From contig CALSSJ010000015.1 in assembly GCA_943788985.1 (NCBI GenBank), forward strand, positions 32,001-96,000: a DNA stretch of 64,000 nt, given 5' to 3'. The DNA comes from an uncultured Lentisphaerales bacterium (GTDB lineage Bacteria; Verrucomicrobiota; Lentisphaeria; JABSQK01; UBA12247). The position numbers and the translations under genes were made by a program. The notes under the pieces are model-generated. The model was given only the letters and a program-made list of their open reading frames with translations, had not been told where the DNA came from and did not search any database. Below, piece by piece: positions 1 through 10,961 of the stretch (positions within the stretch are counted from its first letter, which is position 1; the number at the start of each line of letters is the position of its first letter).

Positions 1-2499
1 GAAGACCCCGTCTCGGACCAACGGCACCGCATCAAATAGCACGCCTTCCTCATCGATGTGTGTCGCGCGCGGCGTGGTGCTGCCCGGCGCAAGTCCGCCA
101 ATGTCAGCATGATGCCCCCGCGAAGCGACGAAGAACAGCAACTCGCGCTCATCCTCGTCAAAGACCGGCGACACCACTGTGAGGTCTGGTAGGTGCGTGC
201 CGCCGCGGTAGGGCGCGTTGTGGAGAAACACCTCGCCCGGCTGAATCCTGCGGTCTGCGATCACCGCATGCACGGCTTGATCCATCGAGCCCAAATGTAC
301 CGGGACATGAGGCGCATTGGCCACCAGTTCGCCATCCGCTGCGAAGATCGCACACGAGAAGTCGAGTCGCTCCTTGATGTTCACTGAACTCGCTGTCTTG
401 CGCAGGGTTGCCCCCATCTGTTCCGCGATGGCCATAAACAGGTTGCTGAACACTTCGAGCATCACCGGATCAGCTCTGGTACCAACGACGGCCGCTGCCA
501 GGTCTTTGGCGCGACGGAGCTTCATCATCCCACAAATCTGCAACGAGGCCTGCCAGCCTGGTTCGACCACCACCGTCTGATGGGCCTCGAGCACAAGGGC
601 CGGTCCCTCGACGGTCTGCCCTAGGGCGAGATCATCGCGGTGGTGTACTGCTGCATCCTGCAGCTTGCCAGCGGTGTAGATCGGCACGTGGGCCAGAGGG
701 GGCGTTGCGGAGTTCGCAAATTTTGCTGCGAAGTTCGCACGGGGCGAGGAAATGGAGCAGGACACGTCCAGCTGCTCTAAGATGACCGCGCGCTCCGGAA
801 ACAGAAAGCCAAACTGGCGGCGATGTGCCTGCTCAAAGGCCGTGCACATCGCGGCAAGATCATCCCAGGCAACCAGCAGCGGGGTGTCTGTTCCCGCATA
901 GCGCAGGTGCAGACGCACCTCTCGGGCCGTGACTGTGCCCAGTTCCAGTTGCGCTTCGGCGGCGAGGGCGTGAATGTCAGCGGGTAGCGTTTCGACTAGT
1001 TCAGGGGTCAGTTCGCAGGCATAGGAGCGCGTGCGGCTGACCCTGGTGTCGGCCAGTCCCATCCCGTAGGCGGACAGCAGCCCCGAGCACGAATGGAGCA
1101 GAATGGTTCGGATTCCGAGCTCGTCCGCAACTGCGCAGGCATGTTGTCCGCCGGCCCCGCCAAAGCAATTGAGCGCATACTCGGTCACATCATGACCCCG
1201 TTCGATAGACACCTTCTTGATGGCATTCGCCATATTCTGAACGGCCACCTTCAGAAAGCCGTCTGCCACTTCCAGTGGTTCCATGCCTAAGCTTTGCCCC
1301 AGCATTGCGAACTTCGCACGCACTGCCCCTGCGTCGAGCGGCTGCGCTTGGTCCGAGCCGAAGATCGCGGGAAAGTATTCTGGACGCAGCTTGCCGACCA
1401 TGACATTGGCATCCGTAACCGCGAGAGCACCGTCACGCCGGTAGCAGGCAGGGCCCGGGAGGGCTCCAGCGGAATCGGGCCCCACCTGAAAGCGACCGTC
1501 CCGGACCTGCAGCAACGAGCCGCCCCCCGCTGCCACGGTGTGAATATCCAGCATTGGCACGCGCAGGCGCACTCCCGCCACCTGGGTGTCAAAGCGCCGC
1601 TCAAGTTCGCCTGCGTAATGGCAGACATCGGTAGATGTGCCGCCCATGTCAAAGCCAATCACACGCTTTTCCCCTGCTGCGACAGCCGTCTCTACCGCTG
1701 CCACCACACCCCCGGCGGGGCCTGACAAGATCGCATCGCGACCGTTGAACGTGTCCGCCGGGATCAGTCCACCGGCAGAGCTCATAAACAGCAGTTCGGG
1801 TATGTTCCCCAGCTCTCGGCGCACGTTGTTTACGTAGCGATGCAGAATCGGCGAGAGATAGGCATCGGCGACGGTCGTGTCTCCTCGGCCAACCAGCTTG
1901 ATCAGCGGGGCCACTTCGTGGCTGACCGAGATTTGCGGAATTCGCAACGCCCGCGCTGCTTGGCCTAGGATTGCCTCATGGGCGGGATAGCGCCAGGCAT
2001 GCAGTAGGACAATCGCAACGGCGTCGTAGCCAGCGCGCTGCACCTCCTCCAGATACGTACGGGCAGTGGTCTCAGAGAGTGGGGTTTGCACCGTGCCATC
2101 GGCCAGCACGCGCTCATCGACTTCGATCACCCGGTCATAGAGCTGCTCAGGGAGGATAATCTCCTTGGCAAAGATGTCCGGGCGATCTTGATAGGCGATC
2201 CGCAGTGCATCGCGAAACCCCTTCGTGATCAGGAGGGCGGTACGCTCGCCCTTACGCTCGAGCAAGGCGTTGGTCGCGACTGTGGTGCCCATGCGGACAG
2301 ATTCGATTCTATGGCTCGGCATCTCAGCGTCTTTTGGGAGCCCGAGCAACATCCGGATCCCATGCACCGCCGCATCCGCGTACGCCTCGGGACAGTGAGA
2401 GAGCAGCTTGTGCGCGTGGAGCGTGCCGTCCGGCGCACAGCCGATTACGTCGGTAAAGGTCCCGCCGCGATCAATCCAGAACCTCCAGGCTGCGCTCAT
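1..2499 (-). CDS. 5-oxoprolinase (hydantoinase A/B fusion), runs off the left edge
   Basis: Hand translation from ATG 2499 gives [20 protein letters not shown], with later DMGGTSTDV and FGGAGGQH motifs. It is absent from the ORF track because no stop occurs inside the window. It overlaps the upstream gene's stop (ATGA). Confidence 0.9.
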   Translation of the reverse strand, partial: MSAAWRFWIDRGGTFTDVIGCAPDGTLHAHKLLSHCPEAYADAAVHGIRMLLGLPKDAEMPSHRIESVRMGTTVATNALLERKGERTALLITKGFRDALRIAYQDRPDIFAKEIILPEQLYDRVIEVDERVLADGTVQTPLSETTARTYLEEVQRAGYDAVAIVLLHAWRYPAHEAILGQAARALRIPQISVSHEVAPLIKLVGRGDTTVADAYLSPILHRYVNNVRRELGNIPELLFMSSAGGLIPADTFNGRDAILSGPAGGVVAAVETAVAAGEKRVIGFDMGGTSTDVCHYAGELERRFDTQVAGVRLRVPMLDIHTVAAGGGSLLQVRDGRFQVGPDSAGALPGPACYRRDGALAVTDANVMVGKLRPEYFPAIFGSDQAQPLDAGAVRAKFAMLGQSLGMEPLEVADGFLKVAVQNMANAIKKVSIERGHDVTEYALNCFGGAGGQHACAVADELGIRTILLHSCSGLLSAYGMGLADTRVSRTRSYACELTPELVETLPADIHALAAEAQLELGTVTAREVRLHLRYAGTDTPLLVAWDDLAAMCTAFEQAHRRQFGFLFPERAVILEQLDVSCSISSPRANFAAKFANSATPPLAHVPIYTAGKLQDAAVHHRDDLALGQTVEGPALVLEAHQTVVVEPGWQASLQICGMMKLRRAKDLAAAVVGTRADPVMLEVFSNLFMAIAEQMGATLRKTASSVNIKERLDFSCAIFAADGELVANAPHVPVHLGSMDQAVHAVIADRRIQPGEVFLHNAPYRGGTHLPDLTVVSPVFDEDERELLFFVASRGHHADIGGLAPGSTTPRATHIDEEGVLFDAVPLVRDGVF

Positions 2500-3044
2500 C
2501 GGTCTGCTCTGAAACGTGGCAGTTCGAGGCGCGTGGACATTGCGTCGCTACAATGACACCAGATGGGGAGCAGGATCGCACCTATGGCAGCCGATCCCGC
2601 CGTCAGCAGAATCGGCACGTGGCTCGTCGCTAGGCTGGGCCAGGCAGAAATCGACGTGGCGGTTGTGAGCAGGTACAGCGCGTAGAGCCCCCCCAGAACT
2701 CCGCCAGGGAAGACTAGGATGGGCAGAAAATTTCTCTCGCCGTGGTCGCGCCACTTCCAAGCCATCAGAGCCGTGAGAATGAGGACGGGGACAGCGGTCG
2801 AGGTCCGCCCCAGCGAGGCTTCGACTGCGGCACTGCCAATCAAGCCGGCAAAGAAGCCGACGAAGGGCCCGACGGAGACGCCGATGTGGAAGGAAAGCAG
2901 GACCACCAGCGGGGTGAGGATGCCCAAGGCAGCAACCGAAAGCTCAAGCCAAGTGGCGGCGAAGACAACGATGATCAGCCAGGCTGTGAGTAGATAGCGG
3001 TCGTATTTCTGTTGGTCGCCGCGGCGCCAAAACTTTCCGGGCAT
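2496..3044 (-). CDS. Polytopic membrane protein (possibly MreD-like)
   Basis: 182-aa ORF with about five hydrophobic segments, translationally coupled to its neighbours. Confidence 0.6.
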   Translation of the reverse strand: MPGKFWRRGDQQKYDRYLLTAWLIIVVFAATWLELSVAALGILTPLVVLLSFHIGVSVGPFVGFFAGLIGSAAVEASLGRTSTAVPVLILTALMAWKWRDHGERNFLPILVFPGGVLGGLYALYLLTTATSISAWPSLATSHVPILLTAGSAAIGAILLPIWCHCSDAMSTRLELPRFRADR

Positions 3045-3050
3045 TGCTGC

Positions 3051-3989
3051 CTATTGGATGCGTGGCAGGGCTTCTCGGGCCGCTTGCTGTACGGCCACGA
3101 GCTTGCTGCTCTGCAAACGCTCTAGCGTCGGAACCGCGCCGCGGGCAATTGGGCCCATGTCGCGGATGGTGAGGATCGCGAGGATCTGCACGGGCTCCTG
3201 GGCCAGTGTCGCAATTACCGCCAGAGCTGGCACAGCCGGGGCGCCCATGTTGGCCAGCGCAGAACAGGCAACTGGAGGAAGTGCCTTGGGGTCGTCGGCA
3301 GCCAGGACCATTGCCTCGATCGCCGGGACGGATCCAGAAGCGTGCTGGCCATGCCCGCCGAGCGCACGGAGGCCGGCGTATTGGAGTCGTTGGTCGCCGC
3401 TACGCAGCAGCTGTGTCAGCAACGGCACAATCTGCGGGGCATCAGGATGGGAGCCCAGCCGGTGTAAGGTGCGGACGATCCGACCAGTGGCCACCGGGTC
3501 GTCGGTTTCACGCAGGACAGCAAGCATTGCCTGCGCAGCCGGTAGGCCAATACGTGCGAGTGCTTGTTCCGCCCGGAGCGGGTGCGGACTCCGCAAAATC
3601 TCGATCAGGAACGGGACCGATGAGGCTGCACGGTGACCCATCTCGCCCAACAAATCCAGATACAAATTGGCCGAGAGCGGATCCTCGAGCGCGGCAGCGA
3701 TCGCGAGCAACTGGACCACAGTTCTGTGCCCGGGCGAAACAGATGCGGCTGCCGAAAGGTAGGGCAGCTGGGCGGCACCCAACTGCTGGTCTGCCGCGTC
3801 CAGCAGCGCATGCGTTGCGGAGTTCGCAGCGGTTCCGAGGTCCCGTAGCCGGTCTGCCGCTTGGATCCGAGTGGTCTCGTCGTGATTCTCAAGTTGCAGG
3901 ATGAGATCGCGAATCTCGGTCGTAAGCGGCGAGTATGCCGTCCCATAGAGGGCAAGACAGATCGCGGAAACAGTAAGTGCAGCGCGCAT
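3051..3989 (-). CDS. HEAT-repeat protein with N-terminal signal peptide
   Basis: Repeated LGxxG..A..AVPxL motifs and a hydrophobic N-terminus. Confidence 0.8.
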   Translation of the reverse strand: MRAALTVSAICLALYGTAYSPLTTEIRDLILQLENHDETTRIQAADRLRDLGTAANSATHALLDAADQQLGAAQLPYLSAAASVSPGHRTVVQLLAIAAALEDPLSANLYLDLLGEMGHRAASSVPFLIEILRSPHPLRAEQALARIGLPAAQAMLAVLRETDDPVATGRIVRTLHRLGSHPDAPQIVPLLTQLLRSGDQRLQYAGLRALGGHGQHASGSVPAIEAMVLAADDPKALPPVACSALANMGAPAVPALAVIATLAQEPVQILAILTIRDMGPIARGAVPTLERLQSSKLVAVQQAAREALPRIQ

Positions 3990-4002
3990 GAAAAACTCCT
4001 GA

Positions 4003-4987
4003 TCAAGCCATGTGTTGGGCTTGTTCTCTGGTGACCTGGTGCTCGAGCGGGTGATGGGTAAGATAACGCAAAATGTCGTCAGTCATATAGCGCCCCATGC
4101 GTTGGCATTCCGCATCCATCGATCCAGCAATGTGCGGTGTCAAAGCAATATTCTCAAGCTGATATAGCGGTGAATCTGCTTCAGGAGGCTCTGGATAGGT
4201 CACATCCAAGACCGCTTGGAGGTCTGGGCCGGGCCGTCAATGCCTCGATCATCTCAGGCTCCCGCACCACTCGTCCGCGGGCCGTATTGAGGAAGGTTGC
4301 GCCCTGCTTCATGGAGGCAATGTGTGCTCCGGTAATCATGCCTGCAGTCTCGTCCAGGTTGGGCGTATGCAAGGAGACGACGTCGGCTTCGCGAAAGACG
4401 GCGTCCAAGTTTCGCAGTTCCACGCCTAACGCGGCGGCCTGCTCGTTGTCGACGAAGGGATCGTAGGCGATGACCTGCAGATCGAAGTTCTGCAAATGCT
4501 GGGCGACGAGCCGGGCGATCGCGCCCAGTGAAATCAGGCCGACTTTGCTGCCATAGCCGCCGGCAACGGGAAATCTGGTGCGGGTTTCGTGCGAGCGACA
4601 GGAGCGCTCGTGTTGCCAGCCACATTTCAGGCTAAACAGAATTTGCGACAATGCGAACTCCGCAACCGGGACGGCATTGGCCTTGAACGCAGAGCAGACC
4701 GTGATGTTACGATCCCACACCGCATCGGTGACGAAACCTCGGACAGAACCGGCCGCGTAAAAGATCGCCTCCAGTTTCGGCACTCTGTCAAGAAAGCTCT
4801 CGTCCAGCTTCGGGGCCCCCCAGCTGGACAGAATGATCTCTACATCTTCAATATTGACGTCACCAAGCGCGTCGCTGCGATGTGTGCCAGGCAGGATGTC
4901 CAGCGCGGCCTCTAGCCGTTGCTGGTCTTCCCGGGCATATATTTTATCGCGCGGCTGACCGAGAATATAGATCGCTCGCTTGCTCAT
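4003..4987 (-). CDS. D-2-hydroxyacid dehydrogenase family protein, split by a +1 frameshift near 4226-4228
   Basis: The N-part has GLISLGAIA and FLNTARG. The C-part has LDVTYPEP...TPHIAGS. Removing one base of the G3 run restores ARPDLQAVLDV. Confidence 0.85.
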
Positions 4988-5006
4988 CTGGCAGTCCGCG
5001 ATTGGT

Positions 5007-6810
5007 TCAGGCTAATTCTGCCAGGACGTCACCTGCGGACACCTGCTCGCCGGGAGCGACCGCGATACTGCGAACCGTCCCGGAAGAAGGAGCATTGACA
5101 GGGATTTCCATCTTCATCGCTTCGAGCACGAGGATTGGGGCTCCAGATTCAATGGCATCGCCTTCGTGGGCGACTAGGCGCATGACCTTGCCGGGCATTT
5201 CGGCCTTTACCTCTACGCTTGGGGCCGGACGCGGCAACGGGTTCAGAGCCAGCTTCAGCTTGGCCGGTGCCGACCTGGTAGCTCTTGCCGTCGATATGGG
5301 CAGTGGCACCATCTATTTTGACGGTGTATGGCTTGCCTTCAACCGTGACGGTGTACGTGCCTGGCGCACCGGGAGTTGCGGACTTCGCAGGTGCGGGCGT
5401 AGCTTTTTCCTTCTTGCGAACGCCGATCTCAGCCTTGCCCTGCAGAAAGTCGATTCCCTTCTGCTTACAGGTGGCGATGATGAAGATATTCTCGTCGGTG
5501 ACAGGAAGACCTTCTTCTTCGAGGCGCTTGCGCGCTGGTGCGATTCCCTTGTTCGGGTCGCGGTCATTGATCTCGATCGGTGATTCGGTGGTCGGCTCCT
5601 TCTTTAGCTGCTCCGAGGCGATCTTCACGATTTCTGGGTCGGGCGGAACTGGTGGCTTGCCGAAGTAGCCAAGAACCATCTCGCCGTACGGCGGTGCGAT
5701 CTGCTTCCAAGGCCCAAACATGACGTTGTTGAACGCCTGCTGAAAGTAGAATTGTGACACTGGGGTGACCGAGGTGCCGAAACCGCCACGCTCGACGACC
5801 TCGCGCATGGCCTTGATCATCTCGGGGTATCTGTCCATGACGCCGTTGTCGCGGAGCATCTGGGTGTTCGCAGTAAGCGCGCCACCGGGCATCGGGCTCC
5901 AAGGAATCATCGGCTCCACGGCAGTAGCTTCCGGTGGCAGGAAATAGTCCGCCATGCATTCTTTGAACACTTCTTCTGCCTCGCGTACCTTCTCTATGTC
6001 TACGTCAAGCTCGTAATCCGTGCCGCGAAGTGCGTGCCACATGACGACCACGTCCGGCTGGCAGGTACCGCCGGAGCAGGGAGCCAGCGAGAGGTCAATC
6101 GCGTCTGCACCTGCATCCAGTGCAGCCTTATTGGAGAGCACGCTGATACCGGCAGTTTCATGCGTGTGATAGTGAATCTCTGTGCCTTCGGGCAACATTT
6201 TCCGGGCACGCTTGATGGTCTCGTAGACCTTGGACGGTACTGCTGTGCCAGACGCGTCTTTGAAACAGACCGAGTCGTAGGGGATCTCCGCGTCTAGGAT
6301 GGCGCGCAGGGTCGCTTCGTAGAACTCGGCATCGTGGGCACCGGAACAGCCCGGCGGGAGCTCCATGAGCGTGACACATACCTGATGCTTCAGGCCAGCT
6401 TCGGAGATGTACCTACCGGAGTCGATCAGATTGTTTACGTCATTCAAAGCGTCGAAATTACGGATCGTGGTCATGCCGTGCTTCTTGAACAGATCGGCAT
6501 GCAGCTTGACGATGTCCCGAGACTGGGATTCCAGGCCGACCACGTTGACGCCGCGCGCCAGCGTCTGCAGTTCTGCATCCGGGCCGGTCGTCTTGCGGAA
6601 GGCGTCCATCATATCGAACGCGTCCTCATTGCAGTAGAAATACAACGACTGAAAGCGAGCGCCGCCGCCCGCCTCGAAGTAGTTGATCCCGGCTGCCTGC
6701 GCGGCCTCGATAGCCGGCAAAAAATCTTTAGTGAATACCCGAGCCCCGTAGACGGATTGGAACCCGTCACGGAACGCTGTGCACATAAAACGAACGGTCT
6801 TCTTACTCAC
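5007..6810 (-). CDS. oadA: Oxaloacetate decarboxylase alpha / pyruvate carboxylase B subunit with C-terminal biotinyl domain, split by a +1 frameshift near 5221-5224
   Basis: AFRDGFQS, FKDASG, HTH and VTPVSQ carboxyltransferase motifs. The biotinylation motif EAMKME lies in ORF 5007-5312. Confidence 0.85.
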
Positions 6811-6832
6811 AACTAAGTTTCTCCATCGAACG

Positions 6833-7963
6833 TCAATTTCCTAACACAGACAGCAATACACCGGCGGCAACCGCAGATCCGATCACGCCCGCGACGTTGG
6901 GGGCCATCGCATGCATTAATAAAAAATTATGTGGGTCTTCGGCCTGGCCGATTTGCTGCACGACCCGCGCCGAGTCCGGAACCGCGGAAACGCCGGCAGC
7001 ACCCACCAAGGGGTTGATCTTGTCCTTCACGAACAGGTTCATCACTTTGGCTGCGACTACACCACAGGCAGTCGCTATGGCGAATGCCGCGGCACCCAAG
7101 ACGAAGATCTTGATCGAGTCTGCCTTCAGGAAAGTCTGTGCTTGTGTCGAGCAGCCCACAGTAAATCCGAGCAGGATGGTCACGATATCGATCAGCGCAT
7201 TTCTTGCGGTTTCCGCAAGTCTTTCGGTGACACAGCTTTCCTTGAGCAAATTGCCGAGGAACAGCATGCCGACCAGAGTGAGGGCACCGGGGGCGATCAG
7301 CGCACAGATCAGGAAGGCTGCGATTGGGAAGATGATCTTCTCACGCTGCGAGACCTGACGCGGCGGCTTCATCCGGATCAGGCGTTCCTCACGGGTTGTG
7401 AGCAGTCGCATGATCGGCGGTTGGATGACCGGCACCAAGGCCATGTAGGAATAGGCCGCGATTGCAATGGGCCCGACCAGATCCTCACCGGCCAGCTTGG
7501 CAGAGAGGAAGATGGCAGTGGGGCCGTCGGCACCACCGATGATGCCGATCGCGCCAGCTTCATTTGCCGGGAAACCGAGAAATAGAGCACCAATGAAGGT
7601 AAGGAAAATCCCCATTTGGGCAGCGGCGCCCAACAACACTAGGCGCGGGTTGGAGAGCATCGCGGAGAAGTCCGTCATGGCACCAATGCCAAGGAAGATC
7701 AGCGGCGGGAAGATCCCTTTTAGGACGCCAAAGTAGATGTATTTCAGGACGCTCCCTTCATCGTATACACTGAGGGCTATGCCTTCAATAGGCGGGATGT
7801 TCCCGACGATGATTCCGAAGCCGATTGGCAAGAGCAGGAGTGGCTCGTAGTCCTTGCGGATTGCCAGCCCTACGAAAACCATCCCGATCACCATCATGAT
7901 CATGTTGCCGACACTCAGGTTGGCAAAACCGGTCGACGCAAAAAAGCCTTGTAGAATTTCCAT
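6833..7963 (-). CDS. oadB: Na+-translocating decarboxylase beta subunit
   Basis: EPLLLLPIGFG, IGIIGGADGPTAIF, IAAYSYMALVP and HAMAPNVAGVIGSA motifs. Confidence 0.95.
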   Translation of the reverse strand: MEILQGFFASTGFANLSVGNMIMMVIGMVFVGLAIRKDYEPLLLLPIGFGIIVGNIPPIEGIALSVYDEGSVLKYIYFGVLKGIFPPLIFLGIGAMTDFSAMLSNPRLVLLGAAAQMGIFLTFIGALFLGFPANEAGAIGIIGGADGPTAIFLSAKLAGEDLVGPIAIAAYSYMALVPVIQPPIMRLLTTREERLIRMKPPRQVSQREKIIFPIAAFLICALIAPGALTLVGMLFLGNLLKESCVTERLAETARNALIDIVTILLGFTVGCSTQAQTFLKADSIKIFVLGAAAFAIATACGVVAAKVMNLFVKDKINPLVGAAGVSAVPDSARVVQQIGQAEDPHNFLLMHAMAPNVAGVIGSAVAAGVLLSVLGN

Positions 7964-8256
7964 CAGTCACCTTCCTGGTTCGTATGGTAGGCGAATGCGA
8001 CTGCCGCGGCGATCTCAGCGCCGGCTGATGAGGTATCCGCGGCCTTGGGCTTGGCACTGCGAACAGGAATGTGCGGCTCTGCCTCTGGCAAAATCTTGTT
8101 TGCCACTATCAGGATCTTAGGCAGGGCAACAATGAACAGGCTGATAAAAATCAACGCGGCAAAGACGATAGCCATCCCAGCAAAAGCAATCTGGAGGCCG
8201 TCGGCGTTGGTAATGTTTTCGAGCTGAAATGGCGTCGGTCTTAGGGCGGCTGCCAT
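7963..8256 (-). CDS. oadG: Na+-translocating decarboxylase gamma subunit
   Basis: Single TM segment (GMAIVFAALIFI), Pro/Ala linker, EIAAAVAFA end, and position immediately before oadB. Confidence 0.8.
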   Translation of the reverse strand: MAAALRPTPFQLENITNADGLQIAFAGMAIVFAALIFISLFIVALPKILIVANKILPEAEPHIPVRSAKPKAADTSSAGAEIAAAVAFAYHTNQEGD

Positions 8257-8367
8257 GCGTGCGATCCCAATGTCGGCGAAAAAAAGAAAGCCGAAAAGAT
8301 AGAACTTCGCTTCGCACTGTCAACCTGCGGGGCGCTGAAACGGTTGAAGAAGCCCGCGGACCTGAGT

Positions 8368-8970
8368 CTAGTCGGAGTTTTCGATTTGGTTACTGAGCAG
8401 CTCGGTTATGGGCTCGGAATCCCACCACGTGGCACTGAGAAACCCTTCGACGTGGCCGTCCCCAAACATCACGTTTCCAAAAAGGCCGTCACCCTCCCTG
8501 TCCACGTGGTTGCTGCGTCTGTCGCTGGCTAGGGCGGTGTCAGCCCCGGCGCGTTTCTCGGACTGCGGTCCGCTGACATCCACCACGAACAGGTAGTTAT
8601 TTCCGCAGATGTGATCGTCCGAGGTGATGGTCGTTTCCAGATTCGAACTGGGGCAGTGAAAGGAGCGTGCGGCGGTCATCTCCTCGCTGATGACGAGCAG
8701 ATCCATGGCTTGGAACGACTCACTCGGGCACTCGGCTGGTGTCCCAGTCATGGGAGCTGGAAACCAGAAATCATAAATGATCGCATAGCTGCGCATTGCC
8801 AGACTGATCTGTTTCAGGTTAACCGAGCAGTTCGCCTGCCTCGCCTTCTCGCGAGCCTTTGAGAGTGAGGGAAGTAACATAGTTGCTAGGATTGCGATGA
8901 CCGTAATCACGACAAGTAACTCGAGTAGGGTAAATGGTTTTGTGGTTTTTCGCACTTGCACAGCGTCCAC
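8368..8970 (-). CDS. Prepilin-type N-terminal cleavage/methylation protein with H-X9-DG C-terminal motif (DUF1559-like)
   Basis: [32 protein letters not shown]...NLKQI and NH...[10 protein letters not shown]. Confidence 0.9.
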   Translation of the reverse strand: MDAVQVRKTTKPFTLLELLVVITVIAILATMLLPSLSKAREKARQANCSVNLKQISLAMRSYAIIYDFWFPAPMTGTPAECPSESFQAMDLLVISEEMTAARSFHCPSSNLETTITSDDHICGNNYLFVVDVSGPQSEKRAGADTALASDRRSNHVDREGDGLFGNVMFGDGHVEGFLSATWWDSEPITELLSNQIENSD

Positions 8971-9043
8971 CTTCTCAGTCGTGTTTGGCAGGTTATGTTA
9001 TGGTAGCTGACTCTTGAGACATACCAAACGCGACTAGGAAAAA

Positions 9044-10109
9044 ATGCGTATTTGCCTAATCTGCAACGAGTACGCGACTACTGCAGCGGGCGGCCAGGGA
9101 TTGGTCATTCGAGCAATGGCCGAGGGCTGGCGCAGCCGAGACCATGAGGTCCGCGTGATTGGCCTTGGCCTTGGCCTTAGTGGCGACGAAGGACAGCTAG
9201 TCGACATACCGGTCGGCCGGTTTAGGGGAGCCTGGCTGGCTGCGCGGCGAAAGCTCTGGAAGCAGGTGCGGGCTTGGGCAAAGGCTGGTGAGATTGATCT
9301 GGCGGAGGTTCCGCTCTCCAGAGGGATGGCAGCGAGTAGCGGCAAGCTGCCGATACCTCTTGTGGTGCGTGCTCATGGCAGTCATGTCTGCCGAGCACAC
9401 TACGCCGGGCGGCGAGCAGGCATGCTGCACAGGCTCCTCGAGCCTTGGTCGTTGGCGCGGGCCGACGCCGTGTCTTCCGTTAGTGAGTTTATGGCAGCCG
9501 AGCTTGTCGAGCGCTTTTGCAGTCCGTCTACGGTGATCTACAATCCGGTCCGGATGCCTGCGCCAGCTGCGAACGACTGGGCTGATCGCGGCCTTGATCT
9601 GATCTATGCAGGCCGGGACGGCTGCGGAAAAGGGCTGCACGAACTGCTCCAGGCCTGGGGGGCGCTGAGTGACCTGCCGCTGCGTTTGCAGCTGTACGGG
9701 CGTGTTGCGCTCACGGACGTCCCCGCTGGCGTGACGGTCCACGGCCCTGTTTCTCAGCTGGAACTCCAGCAGGCGTTCCAGCGCGCACGATATGCAGTGC
9801 TGCCCTCCCGCTTCGAATCTTTTGGCCTTGCCGCGGCTGAGGCGATGGCCTGCGGGGGCCGCTACCATCGTGGCGGCCGGGACCGGTTCGGCAGAACTGG
9901 GGGCGCACGGCGTCCACTGTCTACATGCCAGCTGCGATGGCGACGCAATCGCGGAGGCAGTACGCAGCTTGGTGGAAGATACCGATAGCGCTACGAAGAT
10001 CGCAACGACAGGTGCAGAGCATGTCGCTCTTAGGTTTACGCTGGACCGAGCCCTTGATGAGACGGAAGCGTTCTACCAAGCGACGATCGCCGCGTTTCGC
10101 CGGAGCTGA
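9044..10109 (+). CDS. Glycosyltransferase family 4, split by a +1 frameshift in the G5 run at 9854-9858
   Basis: PSRFESFGLAAAEAMACG motif. The C-terminal helix continues in ORF 9792-10109. Confidence 0.85.
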
Positions 10110-10133
10110 GCATGCCGCACTGACTTATTCTGG

Positions 10134-10955
10134 TCAGTCGATGAAGCCTTCCTCGCGCAACTGTGCGGTGACTTCGGCACGGTACTTTCCGCGCATTTCG
10201 GCATCGAATTTGTGACGCATTTTGGCCAGCTCTGCCTTAAAGATGGTTTCCTGCAGGCGGTCAGCTCGGATCCATCTGTTATTTACCCGGACAAAAAAAT
10301 CCTTGGCAAACGCGCCTCCGACCCGGCGTGCCATCAGGTCACTCCGAAACTGGCTCCTTGGGGTATTAAACTGGCGATCTAAGAAGTGCTGGCGTCGCCG
10401 CTCAATAAACTGCTCGTCGAAATCTTGGTCGGTAGGGGAGAGCATGTCGCGAAACAGGATTAGCTGTGCGTCTACCTTGATCCGGTCAAATTCAACTGCT
10501 CGGACGATCCCGGTGACTGACCCGCGGCGCGTCTTCACTGTGATCTGGGAGCCGACTTCGAACAAAGGATACGCAGTCACGGCCTTTCGGCGAAAGTCTT
10601 CCAGCTTGGCAGTGGGAAACTTGGCTTCTGTTTCCAGATCAAGGAAGGCGCGAAACTCGTCCTTCAGCTGCTCCAACTCCTTCGGAGCCTTGGGGAAGTC
10701 TTCCATTTTGAGTCTGTACCGGTCATAGATAAGCTCAGCGGCGCGCGCGTCTTCGTCGAACTGTGGGCCTACCTTTATCTTGGCCTCCACCCGGGAACTA
10801 GCCAACTGTTTCACCTGGTCAACGTTCAGGCCATTGCGGAGTTCCTCCACCTTCTCCATGCGCGCCTGCTGCTGTGGGGCCGGCTTGCTGCAGGAGACAA
10901 ACAGGACCGCAAGTGCGGAGAGAATTAAAAATTGCCAGTTGAGTCGAGACTTCAC
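10134..10955 (-). CDS. Hypothetical lipoprotein
   Basis: 273-aa ORF with a lipobox-like LFVSC after a hydrophobic stretch. Confidence 0.7.
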   Translation of the reverse strand: MKSRLNWQFLILSALAVLFVSCSKPAPQQQARMEKVEELRNGLNVDQVKQLASSRVEAKIKVGPQFDEDARAAELIYDRYRLKMEDFPKAPKELEQLKDEFRAFLDLETEAKFPTAKLEDFRRKAVTAYPLFEVGSQITVKTRRGSVTGIVRAVEFDRIKVDAQLILFRDMLSPTDQDFDEQFIERRRQHFLDRQFNTPRSQFRSDLMARRVGGAFAKDFFVRVNNRWIRADRLQETIFKAELAKMRHKFDAEMRGKYRAEVTAQLREEGFID

Positions 10956-10961
10956 CTTACA

